A model generated the notes under the pieces. The model was given only the letters and a program-made list of their open reading frames with translations, searched no databases and had not been told where the DNA came from. DNA of 49,231 nt from a candidate division CPR3 bacterium 4484_211. GTDB taxonomy: Bacteria; Patescibacteriota; 4484-211. The translations under genes were made by a program, and so were the position numbers. Below, one piece after another: positions 34,935 to 43,491 of the stretch (positions are counted from its first letter, which is position 1; every line of letters starts with the position of its first letter). The stretch covers positions 1 to 49,231 of the forward strand of contig MZGJ01000001.1 in assembly GCA_002084955.1 (NCBI GenBank). The letters run 5' to 3'.

Positions 34935-37900
34935 ATGAAGAAACTGTCCCGGCCGGCTGCCATCATCGCCTCTCTAACCCTTGTCATCCTCTTCGCCGGT
35001 TCCCTGCCGACCGCCGGCACTTGGGCTTTTCAGTCTCCGCCGCCAAACAGCATGTTCGGCGGTCTGCCGGACTCCGCCCGCGGGTTCTTTGAAGGAGTAG
35101 GTCAGCTTTTTAACCGTTGGTTCTTCGGCGGCCCGGCGCCTCAAGAAGGGGGATCAGAGCCCTACCATCCTCCCGCCCCCACCTCTTCACCTACCCTGCC
35201 CGCAGGAATTACTCCCACCCCCACTCCGGCTTACTCCGGAGAAGGCGATCTCATCAAAATGCAGGCCAAGGTGGTGAACTTCAGCTGTATTGCCGACAAC
35301 CCACCGGATGAACTTTATGATGCCACCTGCGGAGATGAAGTTGATGATTTGCAGCAAGACTGCGGCAATTTCTTTATAAGTGACCAAAACCGGCAGTCTC
35401 CACTAGCCGAGCAAGACCAATCTAACGAACCCGCCGGGCCTATCAGCAGCCTGCTTGGCGTAAGTCAAGTCCGGGCGCAAGCCCAGCCAACTCTCCCCCC
35501 TTTGCCAACAGTACCTGTCCCTCCGCCATTTACCACCAACGCCTGTTTGGCCAACCCCAATGAATTTAATACCGACTATGATCCTCTTACCATTACGGAA
35601 AACGACTGCAGTCCCTACCTGGAACCCGCCCCTCTCGACTACAACCCCTTTGACCGATGGGACGCCTGTTTCGTCGATAATCCAAACCAAATCTGCGCCT
35701 ACAAAGTCCGGTCACAAAACATCGTTGAGCAAGATGACACCTGCAACGAATACACCCCGTCTGAACACGGAGAACGGCTGAACCGCGACGAAGAGCTTAA
35801 TCGCGATTATCCCGCCGGAGCCGTCTGCACCACCAATGATACAGGCGGCCCCTATTATGTCAGAAAATTAAACAGCGGCGAATGCAGTGGGATGTGTTCA
35901 ACATGCGGCGATCAGAAAAGCGACGCCGGCCGGTGTGTAGACGGCACCTTTGATGCCTGCCGCAAGGCCATTGAGGTAGAAACTTACGAGTATCGTTTTC
36001 GCACCTCGGCGCGGCCGGACGGCGCTCCTCAGGCCGGAGAGGCCTGCTCTCCCCAAGACCGGTGTGATCCAACCAACCTTAATTGCTATTTGGGCGACGA
36101 CAATCCAGAACTAGGCTTAGCCTGCGGCGCCGAACCAACACCCTGCCCGCTCACGCCCACTCCCCTGCCTCATGACCCGCCCGAAATAGAATCAGCCGCC
36201 TGTTTGCAGCGAACTTACAGAGGCAAGGAAATCTCCTGCAGCAACGGCTGCAACTGCGGAGGAGAACCCGAACACTGTCCAAAAAAGCCCGCCCAGTGCG
36301 GCGACACGGCAAATTGCTGTGACTGCGACTTAACAGACCCAGACAATCCCATCTGCCACGCAGTATGGACAAACCCGCCAGGTCCTATATGTGGGGGCGG
36401 TCCCTGCTGCAAGATGTGCGTTACTATACCTCCCGACAGTTGTTACGATGTCAGCACCAATCTGGAGCAGTTTTTCTCCGACAACCCCTATACTGGCTGC
36501 AGTAATAATCCCTACTCCAATGTCTGTGGAAGCGACGGCAGCTGCACCGACGGCAACAGCTGCGCCTCGGTAAATGACTGCTGCGGCACGCAGAATCTTT
36601 TGGGTGCAGACACCCGCACCACCGCTTCCGCTGAAGACTGCTCCTATTACGAGTGGACTGTACGGAGAAGCGCCTATAAAGTTATTTATCGCAGCAATCA
36701 AATTAATTTAAAACTCCAAATTAAAAATTTAACCGATCACGATATTCCTCTCAACGATCCCTCCAATAACTACAAGTGTCCCGATGGAGATATCTCATGT
36801 GAAACTGACCCCAATTCACCCGCTTGGTTTACCGCCGCACGGTCAGGTGATGACCACGACTTTTTACTTGAGTTTGAGATACCAGATTTTTTAGACATCT
36901 TGAGTATCTATCCCACTTGGGATAACTGTGAATTTACCTCCATTGACGGGGACGGGAATCCTACCACCCTAGATCCGGAAGACGCCAAGGACAAAAGTTA
37001 CCGCCTGGTTTTTCCTGAAACCATGACCGGGGAAAATTGGCGAGGGCTAATTAATCCCAGCTTTGCATGCACCGGCGGCAAGGGCGGGCTTATCGCTCTG
37101 CAAAAACCAGAGATTGGAGAGTTGGAAGGCATCTGGGGAGGCGGGATTTCTGCAGAGTACGCCGACAACCTTCAAGCCTATTGTTACAATCACTACGGCT
37201 ATCAGGTCCCGGGCGGAGTGCCTCAAAACGGGTCTCCAAACTGCAATGTATACCAAATCTACCAACAGGAAGGTCTAGAATCCGCTACCCCCGCCTACAA
37301 GGGCTGTCAGGCAGAAACCTACCTAGGCGACCCATCCGTGGTTGCTCCAAATGTGCAGTTTTTATCGTACTATGACGAAAATTGCAATTTGGTACCCACC
37401 AATATTATCAAGCCCTACGCCTGTCACGGAGGAAGAGTGCGCTTAGTTATGGACTATATACCAAAAGGCTGTGAATTAACCCTATGGATTTCTTTTGTTC
37501 CATCCGATATTGATCCCACTGGTCGTTCCTGGTACCGCAACCACTACATCCCCAAAGAGTGGCTTGACCACTACATTCACAATTTAATTAGTGACGATCG
37601 GCTGGTAAACCTAGAATATAAAGCCATGTGGCCCGTAGGAGGCGCCCGTGCCTTTTACTGGGACTCCACCGCCGACTTTAGTATAGAGCCGGTTTCTTCG
37701 GTTACCGAATTGCAGGCTTTCTGGATTGGCAAGGGAATCCACGCCACCAATGCCCTAGACCCTCAGCCCGGTTGTGGAAGCAGCTGCTTTGCCGACCCCG
37801 ATGCTATGCCTTTCGGCTGGCCCAGTTTTGGCAGAATTGATCAGGATTGGGGAGGAATGAGTGATGCCAACACCGACCCCACAGATCCCAGAACATTCAC

Positions 37901-38510
37901 CAATCCGTTCGCCGCCATTTTTGGGCCCAATACCCAAGGCGGCGGTGAATATCTTAGCGGCTGCGGAGATCCCGACGGCGAGGGCGGCTGGCGCCATGTA
38001 GGGATTACACTTGTGCCGCGCGAAGGCGAAATCTCCCCTCCCAAAGTTCACGCCACACACGCAGGCTATGTAACCAGGGTTGTAAAAGATCCCAGCCTAG
38101 ACGCACAATATCCAGCCCGCGGAGCCTATGTAGAAATACAGTCTACCGTAGACTACGATTGTGCTTCCAATTTTGTTACCCGCTATTTAGGACTGGACCC
38201 CGACTCTATTCGAGTTGAGGAAGGAGAATATGTCCCCCGCCACAAAATACTAGGCCTCATGGGAGACAGCGGCTACATTCCCACACAGGGATTTGGCGCC
38301 CCCGGTCTCACTCGGCATTATAATTCCGGTTTTCTCCACACCACCTATGTCATCCGCTACAGCGGCGACAATCTTGCCAATCCGGGAACAGACGGCTGTG
38401 ACGGCAATCCCTACATCTCCGAAGAGGGAATGCCTTTCTTCTTCTGTGAAAACCGCCGACGAGGGGATACGGTAGAACGTTGTTATTATGCCAATTATGC
38501 CAATCCGTAA
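34935..38510 (+). CDS. Giant Cys-rich secreted protein with a C-terminal LytM/M23-like domain (metal ligands partly substituted)
   Basis: It has a signal-like N-terminus (MKKLSRPAAIIASLTLVILFAGSLPTAGTWA) and Pro/Thr linkers. Cys clusters are dense (e.g. CSNGCNCGGEPEHCPKKPAQCGDTANCCDCDL...CGGGPCCKMC). The C-terminus WRHVGITL...VHATHAGYVTRV...GAYVEIQS...ILGLMGDSGY...FLHTTY follows M23 motif spacing. Confidence 0.7.
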   Translation: MKKLSRPAAIIASLTLVILFAGSLPTAGTWAFQSPPPNSMFGGLPDSARGFFEGVGQLFNRWFFGGPAPQEGGSEPYHPPAPTSSPTLPAGITPTPTPAYSGEGDLIKMQAKVVNFSCIADNPPDELYDATCGDEVDDLQQDCGNFFISDQNRQSPLAEQDQSNEPAGPISSLLGVSQVRAQAQPTLPPLPTVPVPPPFTTNACLANPNEFNTDYDPLTITENDCSPYLEPAPLDYNPFDRWDACFVDNPNQICAYKVRSQNIVEQDDTCNEYTPSEHGERLNRDEELNRDYPAGAVCTTNDTGGPYYVRKLNSGECSGMCSTCGDQKSDAGRCVDGTFDACRKAIEVETYEYRFRTSARPDGAPQAGEACSPQDRCDPTNLNCYLGDDNPELGLACGAEPTPCPLTPTPLPHDPPEIESAACLQRTYRGKEISCSNGCNCGGEPEHCPKKPAQCGDTANCCDCDLTDPDNPICHAVWTNPPGPICGGGPCCKMCVTIPPDSCYDVSTNLEQFFSDNPYTGCSNNPYSNVCGSDGSCTDGNSCASVNDCCGTQNLLGADTRTTASAEDCSYYEWTVRRSAYKVIYRSNQINLKLQIKNLTDHDIPLNDPSNNYKCPDGDISCETDPNSPAWFTAARSGDDHDFLLEFEIPDFLDILSIYPTWDNCEFTSIDGDGNPTTLDPEDAKDKSYRLVFPETMTGENWRGLINPSFACTGGKGGLIALQKPEIGELEGIWGGGISAEYADNLQAYCYNHYGYQVPGGVPQNGSPNCNVYQIYQQEGLESATPAYKGCQAETYLGDPSVVAPNVQFLSYYDENCNLVPTNIIKPYACHGGRVRLVMDYIPKGCELTLWISFVPSDIDPTGRSWYRNHYIPKEWLDHYIHNLISDDRLVNLEYKAMWPVGGARAFYWDSTADFSIEPVSSVTELQAFWIGKGIHATNALDPQPGCGSSCFADPDAMPFGWPSFGRIDQDWGGMSDANTDPTDPRTFTNPFAAIFGPNTQGGGEYLSGCGDPDGEGGWRHVGITLVPREGEISPPKVHATHAGYVTRVVKDPSLDAQYPARGAYVEIQSTVDYDCASNFVTRYLGLDPDSIRVEEGEYVPRHKILGLMGDSGYIPTQGFGAPGLTRHYNSGFLHTTYVIRYSGDNLANPGTDGCDGNPYISEEGMPFFFCENRRRGDTVERCYYANYANP

Positions 38511-38540
38511 AAGCAGGCATGTCATGTAGTGAGCAGTCAA

Positions 38541-38624
38541 TCTGACTTCCGAATTCTGAATTCTGACTTCTGGATTCTGAATTCTGGATTCTGGATTCTG
38601 AATTCTGGATTCTGAATTCTAATA
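38541..38624. repeat. 12 x 7-nt tandem repeat (TCTGRAT), ending 2 nt before a start codon
   Basis: Units in order: tctgact tccgaat tctgaat tctgact tctggat tctgaat tctggat tctggat tctgaat tctggat tctgaat tctaata, then tc-ATG (38627). Confidence 0.95.
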
Positions 38625-38626
38625 TC

Positions 38627-39607
38627 ATGCCCCATATTCGCCTAAACAGAAAAGCTAAAATCTTTGCAGGACTGGCGGGAATAATTGTGCTTGCCCTCGG
38701 AACTTATCTTTACACCCGTCAGTTCACACCCCCAAAAAAGGAGACTATTGACCCCTTTTCCGACCTTTCTCCTGTACATGTATCCATCCCCCAAGATATT
38801 TGGCGTTTCTCCTTTTCACTTGGAAGACTGCCGTCAAAGCTGAAAATTTATCAAGTGGGATTTCAAAGCCTCCCCTCGCCCGCCTACACCTTTTTGGTTA
38901 ACCTGGCCAAGGACCTTAATTTCCCCAACGAAGTTCAGCCCACCGGCTCGGGCGATATTCTCAAAATTTACTACCAGCAGCGGTCTTTGTCGGTTAACTA
39001 CAAAAACGGCACCGTAAAATATTCATCTCATCCCCAGTCTCAAACAGGACTTCTAGCCCTGCCCGCAAGCGGCGCCACATCAGCAGAAAACGCCTACACC
39101 TTTTTAAAAAATCAACATCTCATCGGCAACTCATTTTCTTACCAGAACAGCTTTATTGAAGAGATAAATCTGAACGCAAGCATTGGAATAACCAGTACGC
39201 AGAAAAGCCTTGCCGGCAGAACGATTACTTTTTTTGCCAAACTGGACGGTATCCCCGTTTACGGCAATTACCTCAACCCCTATGTCATGCTGAATGCGGA
39301 AAACAAAATCTTTGCCTTTTCCTCCTCGCTTGCCGAATTTTCTCCGTCTCCCGATTACGCGGCTGTTACCATAAAAAGCCAAAAGGAAGTACAGAAGGAT
39401 CTGCAAAACGGCGAAGGCAAAACTTTTGTCTCCTGCCCCCAACTGCCGCAGGCTGAAAGTGTTACCGTAACCAAAGGCGAATTAATTTATTATCAAAATC
39501 CTAAGGCCAATATTATCTCCCCTATCTTTAAACTCACGGTTAGAGCTAAAAAAGGAGATCAGGAATGCAATGCTATAATTTACCTAGATGCGGGGAGAAA
39601 AAGATAG
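38627..39607 (+). CDS. N-terminally anchored extracytoplasmic protein, partner A (paralog of 41635..42885)
   Basis: It has a TM segment (IFAGLAGIIVLALGTYLY). Blocks shared with the 416-aa protein are LAKDLNFP/LQKLNLPS, RSLSVNYKNGTVKY/RSLKVDQNYQTLEY, AYTFLKNQHL/AWNFLADNNF, KSQKEVQKDLQNGEG/LKKEKAVQEELLDQKG and KGELIYY/EGSIAYF. Confidence 0.6.
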   Translation: MPHIRLNRKAKIFAGLAGIIVLALGTYLYTRQFTPPKKETIDPFSDLSPVHVSIPQDIWRFSFSLGRLPSKLKIYQVGFQSLPSPAYTFLVNLAKDLNFPNEVQPTGSGDILKIYYQQRSLSVNYKNGTVKYSSHPQSQTGLLALPASGATSAENAYTFLKNQHLIGNSFSYQNSFIEEINLNASIGITSTQKSLAGRTITFFAKLDGIPVYGNYLNPYVMLNAENKIFAFSSSLAEFSPSPDYAAVTIKSQKEVQKDLQNGEGKTFVSCPQLPQAESVTVTKGELIYYQNPKANIISPIFKLTVRAKKGDQECNAIIYLDAGRKR

Positions 39608-39734
39608 CAGGAGCCAGGAACTAGGAATTTTGGGGTTTAAGCACCAAGCCGCCAGAGGCGGATTAGAATGCGAAACAGGAACCCCCCGTCCAAGGGACCA
39701 GAAGGCAGAAATCAGTATCCAGGAGAATAAAGAG

Positions 39735-41609
39735 ATGAAAGCAAGACTTATCTTGAGAATACTTTTAATCTTAATATTAGCCATCTCTGTGACAACCTCT
39801 TCAGTTGCCACTCTTACCAACAAGCCGGTGGGGGCACAGGAAGTGGACTGCATCGCCACACACCTTGCCAAGTATACCGCCGCGATTCTAAGCGGACTAG
39901 ACATCAATGACAACACAACCCCCTGCTCCGGCAATGTCTGCTTCCTAACCCCGGCTTTTAACATGAGCCGCCCCGAATTTGAAAATTTTGCCGATCTTTA
40001 CTTTGAAGCCCTTAACAGCGAAGGATACGGGATAGGCAACTTCCACGCCGTCGCCGGCGACGCCTACAACACTTCGTGGGGTACAATCAGCTACTTCGTA
40101 AGTATTGCCCGCGGAACTTCAATTGGGAACAAAGATATGATCCTAACGGAAATCGGCTGGTATCCCCACAACATTGACGAAAGTGAGCGCCCATTCGCCG
40201 TCAATAGCCTAGCCGAGGAAATCCGAAGATTTCCTGATCTCGGAGTCATCGGCGGACTTATCTTTGACCAGTATGGTTACAACCGCGACTATCGCGCGCA
40301 ATCACTGTCAGAAGAAGAGCTGATTGAGGTAAGAAGGATCGCCGGAGATTCTCCCTCCGCCTCCCTTCGCGACCTAAATGTCGGCGCTAACTCCGCGGTA
40401 ACCTATTTCCGCTATCCCGACTTTTATACCTATGCCGCAGGAGATGTAATGAAATACACCCTGGAGGTGGCCCACACGGGGGATGTAGCAACATCCGTTC
40501 TGAGCGGCATCCAGGCCGCCCATGGGGCTGAAATTACCCCAATAGTCCGCTTTGGCGTTGGCATGAACAGCACCGGCGCCTACCCGCCCGAAAATGTTGT
40601 TGAGTTCATTGAAAAGCTGAATGGCGCAGGAATAAATCGATTAGTTTTGGTTATGCTTGGGCCAAACGAGCCCCTCGGAGAATGCTGGGCCACCACCCCA
40701 ATGTGCCGATGCGATACCTACGCCACAGGCCACCAGGGCGGCTCTCTCTGCAAAGCCCATTCCTCCCCTTCGCAGGGGGGATTTCCCCCAGATACAGTCT
40801 TTAATGTTACCGACCCTGACTGCCCCGGACAAACAGCAATGATACGCCTCCCCTTTGAGGTTGTCCCCCCCGCCGGAACCAATCCGCCCGAGGGCTGCTC
40901 GGATTTTGATGGATACCCCAGCCTAGAAGGGCTTGCCAGCGGCGTCAACCGTTGGATAGCAGCTTACCGCGCTGCCGCAGATGAAGCGGCGGAACAAACA
41001 GGCGAATTTCCCTGGCAGGTCCTTGCCGCAATTCACTATATGGAAAGCGGTTTCAGAGGCATGGAAGAAACCGACTACAATCCCTTTCAGATTGCCATTT
41101 CCTGCGCTACTCCAGACGCCTGCACCCCCGAGCTGTGCAGTCCAGCGGGAGTCCCCTATCGCCCCTGCCCCGATAGCAACCCAACGATGTTCGAGGCGGC
41201 ATTGGGCGCGGCGCACTTTCTTATTTACCAAAAGAGATACGGCGGGTCGCGCGCCCCAACTGCTGTCCAGAACGCCTTTTTCGCATACAACGGCGCCTAC
41301 CCTCGGTGCAATTCTAGAGAATACGGCGAATGTGGATATAACTACATTTACGGTGAAGCCAGCCGTTCACCTTATGTCATGAACTATTACAATCATTGTT
41401 TCTGCGATATGCCAATTAACTGGTCACCAACCCACCACAACCAGACCGAGTGCAACGGACTTGGCTTGGGTTCTTTAAGCGTGTGGCCAGACGAACCCTA
41501 TGACCCCAGTGCGGGATGGGTAGAAATTTTTCAGAACAAAGGAGCCTACACCATTTATGCTTATTTAATCGCTGGCTCTATCGGATTGGACGGATCGTGG
41601 CATCTATAG
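39735..41609 (+). CDS. Cys-containing secreted protein with a C-terminal SLT-like (lytic transglycosylase, VirB1-like) region
   Basis: The start follows AGGAGA (39721..39726). It has a signal-like MKARLILRILLILILAISV. The N-terminal half has a glycoside-hydrolase-like MILTEIGWYPHN. The C-terminal WQVLAAIHYMESGF...FFAYNGAY (41007..41300) resembles the SLT catalytic E-S and AYNxG motifs. Confidence 0.65.
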   Translation: MKARLILRILLILILAISVTTSSVATLTNKPVGAQEVDCIATHLAKYTAAILSGLDINDNTTPCSGNVCFLTPAFNMSRPEFENFADLYFEALNSEGYGIGNFHAVAGDAYNTSWGTISYFVSIARGTSIGNKDMILTEIGWYPHNIDESERPFAVNSLAEEIRRFPDLGVIGGLIFDQYGYNRDYRAQSLSEEELIEVRRIAGDSPSASLRDLNVGANSAVTYFRYPDFYTYAAGDVMKYTLEVAHTGDVATSVLSGIQAAHGAEITPIVRFGVGMNSTGAYPPENVVEFIEKLNGAGINRLVLVMLGPNEPLGECWATTPMCRCDTYATGHQGGSLCKAHSSPSQGGFPPDTVFNVTDPDCPGQTAMIRLPFEVVPPAGTNPPEGCSDFDGYPSLEGLASGVNRWIAAYRAAADEAAEQTGEFPWQVLAAIHYMESGFRGMEETDYNPFQIAISCATPDACTPELCSPAGVPYRPCPDSNPTMFEAALGAAHFLIYQKRYGGSRAPTAVQNAFFAYNGAYPRCNSREYGECGYNYIYGEASRSPYVMNYYNHCFCDMPINWSPTHHNQTECNGLGLGSLSVWPDEPYDPSAGWVEIFQNKGAYTIYAYLIAGSIGLDGSWHL

Positions 41610-41634
41610 ATCCGGCCTAAAAGAACAAAAGAAA

Positions 41635-42885
41635 ATGCCCAAAAAATTGTTCGCCTTACTCAAGAAAAAAACTCTCCGGTCCTTAAGACTTCGGAGAAAA
41701 ACAACCTTCCTCGTTCTCCTTCTCCTCGCTATAACCGCCATAATAGTGGTTCTCTTAAAAAATCGCCCCACCGTAGAAGTTGAACTTCCCCTTTCTGTTC
41801 CCGCCACCACCTGCACCCCCAAAGACGCCCCGACGCCGCAGAATATACCCGAAATTAAAATACCTAACCGGCTAAGTTTCTACACGGCCAGCCCCAGTAT
41901 TTCCTCTATCAAGGACCTAAACCCTATTTTACAAAAACTAAATCTGCCGTCTTCGCCTTTGCGCACACCTCAAGGCGAATACCATTGGTATCTCTGGAAA
42001 AACAAAACTCGGTCACTCAAAGTGGACCAAAATTATCAGACACTAGAGTATTTTCCTCTTGAGACACAAGATTCGGATCAGGAAAATGCCGCCTCGTTCT
42101 CTAAAGAAACCGAGGTTTTAACCTACGCCTGGAATTTCCTAGCGGATAACAACTTTTTAAAATTTTCACCAATCGAAGAAACAACCGGGAAAATTCTGCT
42201 ACTCCAAAAGGAAGACGTGCATTACAGTCATACTAACAGCTTCACAAAAGCTAATACATTTTTAGTCAGCTTCTCGGTAAATCTAAATGGGCACCCAATC
42301 CTCTCTAATTTTACCCAACAAGGAATTACTTCTGTCCTCATTGACAAAACAGGCAAAGTTCTAAATGCCAAGGCCCTGCTTATCAAACTGACAAAAAACA
42401 GCACGGTAAAACTAAAAAAAGAAAAAGCCGTGCAGGAAGAACTACTTGACCAAAAGGGTCTTATATTAACCAATTATCTAATAAACCGCAGCCGAGATTG
42501 CCCCACCAAAGTTATCCTTAACGAAGGAAGCATCGCCTACTTTATAAACCACAAAGTATCCAACCAGGCAGTCCCTGTGGCAATTTTCTCAGGAAGTGCC
42601 GTTGTCAGGAACCAGCCGATCCCGGCTAAAATTCTGCTTGACCTTCAAGACAGAACTGTCCCCGTAGAAGAGGAACAAAAACGATACCTTCGTTCTTTTC
42701 TGCTTAGCTACCCCTCCCTGGGTTCCTTCGCCATTAACTACAACGAAGAAAGTAAAACCTTCGTTGTCCTCCCAATAAATTGGAGAAAGGACCTTGAAGA
42801 GATAAGGATTGAAGCCATGCAATGGTTTAAGGACAATGATCTTGATCCCTTTCTTCTGGGCATCTCCTGGCAACACTTCCCCTAG
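41635..42885 (+). CDS. N-terminally anchored extracytoplasmic protein, partner B (paralog of 38627..39607)
   Basis: It has a TM segment (TFLVLLLLAITAIIVVLL). The shared blocks are listed under 38627..39607. Confidence 0.6.
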   Translation: MPKKLFALLKKKTLRSLRLRRKTTFLVLLLLAITAIIVVLLKNRPTVEVELPLSVPATTCTPKDAPTPQNIPEIKIPNRLSFYTASPSISSIKDLNPILQKLNLPSSPLRTPQGEYHWYLWKNKTRSLKVDQNYQTLEYFPLETQDSDQENAASFSKETEVLTYAWNFLADNNFLKFSPIEETTGKILLLQKEDVHYSHTNSFTKANTFLVSFSVNLNGHPILSNFTQQGITSVLIDKTGKVLNAKALLIKLTKNSTVKLKKEKAVQEELLDQKGLILTNYLINRSRDCPTKVILNEGSIAYFINHKVSNQAVPVAIFSGSAVVRNQPIPAKILLDLQDRTVPVEEEQKRYLRSFLLSYPSLGSFAINYNEESKTFVVLPINWRKDLEEIRIEAMQWFKDNDLDPFLLGISWQHFP

Positions 42886-42908
42886 CAACTCCTCTACCTT
42901 TCTTCTCT

Positions 42909-42936
42909 TTGACTCCCCTCTTGAGATTGCTATAAT
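42909..42936 (+). promoter_or_regulatory. Candidate internal promoter (near-leaderless) for the PrgI-like to VirB4 genes
   Basis: TTGACT-16 nt-TATAAT-gaatac-ATG (42943). Confidence 0.5.
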
Positions 42937-42942
42937 GAATAC

Positions 42943-43491
42943 ATGAAAACACACCGCATTCCCAGACATGTCACCGGATATCAAGGAAGAATTATCGGCC
43001 GGCTTAGCCCCAAGCAGTTCATCTACCTAGCCATCGGTGGAATTAGCATCTTTTTCGTCTTCACCGTCGTTCCCCTTTCCTTTGCCACCATCATCATCGT
43101 CAGTCTCATTGGCCTTTTTACCTTCACCTTTGCCCTAGCCTCTATTGAGGAACGCTCCCTAGATGAATGGGCTCTTAATTTCCTGCTCGCCCTGCAATCA
43201 ACCCCGCAATACATCTGGCGGAAAGAGGAAAAAATCCCCGAAATACTAGACCCAACCTACCAGCCGCACATTCCCCATCCCGGCAAGGAAAAGCTTCCCG
43301 CCTCGCAACAGAAGCTCAACAATTTCCTGGAATTTTGGCGCTCCGGAAAAGGAAATGGCTTTACCAGACGGGAAGAAGAATTCCTACAGAACTTAAAAAA
43401 TATCCAAGCTGGGGAATCGGCGGCTTCCTCACCAACCAAACTTAGTAGACCGGTAGTAGAAGCGCACACCGAACCCTTAGATACAAGATGA
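42943..43491 (+). CDS. PrgI-family / VirB3-like small membrane protein
   Basis: IPRHVTGYQGRIIGRLSPKQFIYLAIGGISIFFVF is followed by a second TM segment and ERSLDEWALNFL. This matches the PrgI pattern of Gram-positive T4SS loci, and the position upstream of VirB4 is typical. Confidence 0.6.
   Translation: MKTHRIPRHVTGYQGRIIGRLSPKQFIYLAIGGISIFFVFTVVPLSFATIIIVSLIGLFTFTFALASIEERSLDEWALNFLLALQSTPQYIWRKEEKIPEILDPTYQPHIPHPGKEKLPASQQKLNNFLEFWRSGKGNGFTRREEEFLQNLKNIQAGESAASSPTKLSRPVVEAHTEPLDTR

Noticed and set aside
38541-38624. Possible CRISPR array
   Set aside because: The units are contiguous 7-mers with no spacers. This is a microsatellite-type tandem repeat, not a CRISPR array.
35117-38628. Many alternative-frame and antisense ORFs inside the 1192-aa gene, with similar ones inside 27576..31184 and 39735..41609
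   Set aside because: These are shadow ORFs typical of long GC-richer genes. The translations are Arg/Gly/Pro-rich nonsense, and all are nested in strongly supported genes.
39588-39734. 49-aa N-terminal extension of the 673-aa track ORF
   Set aside because: It overlaps the upstream gene's end and is hydrophilic. The ATG at 39735 has an AGGAGA site at proper spacing and begins a signal-like sequence.
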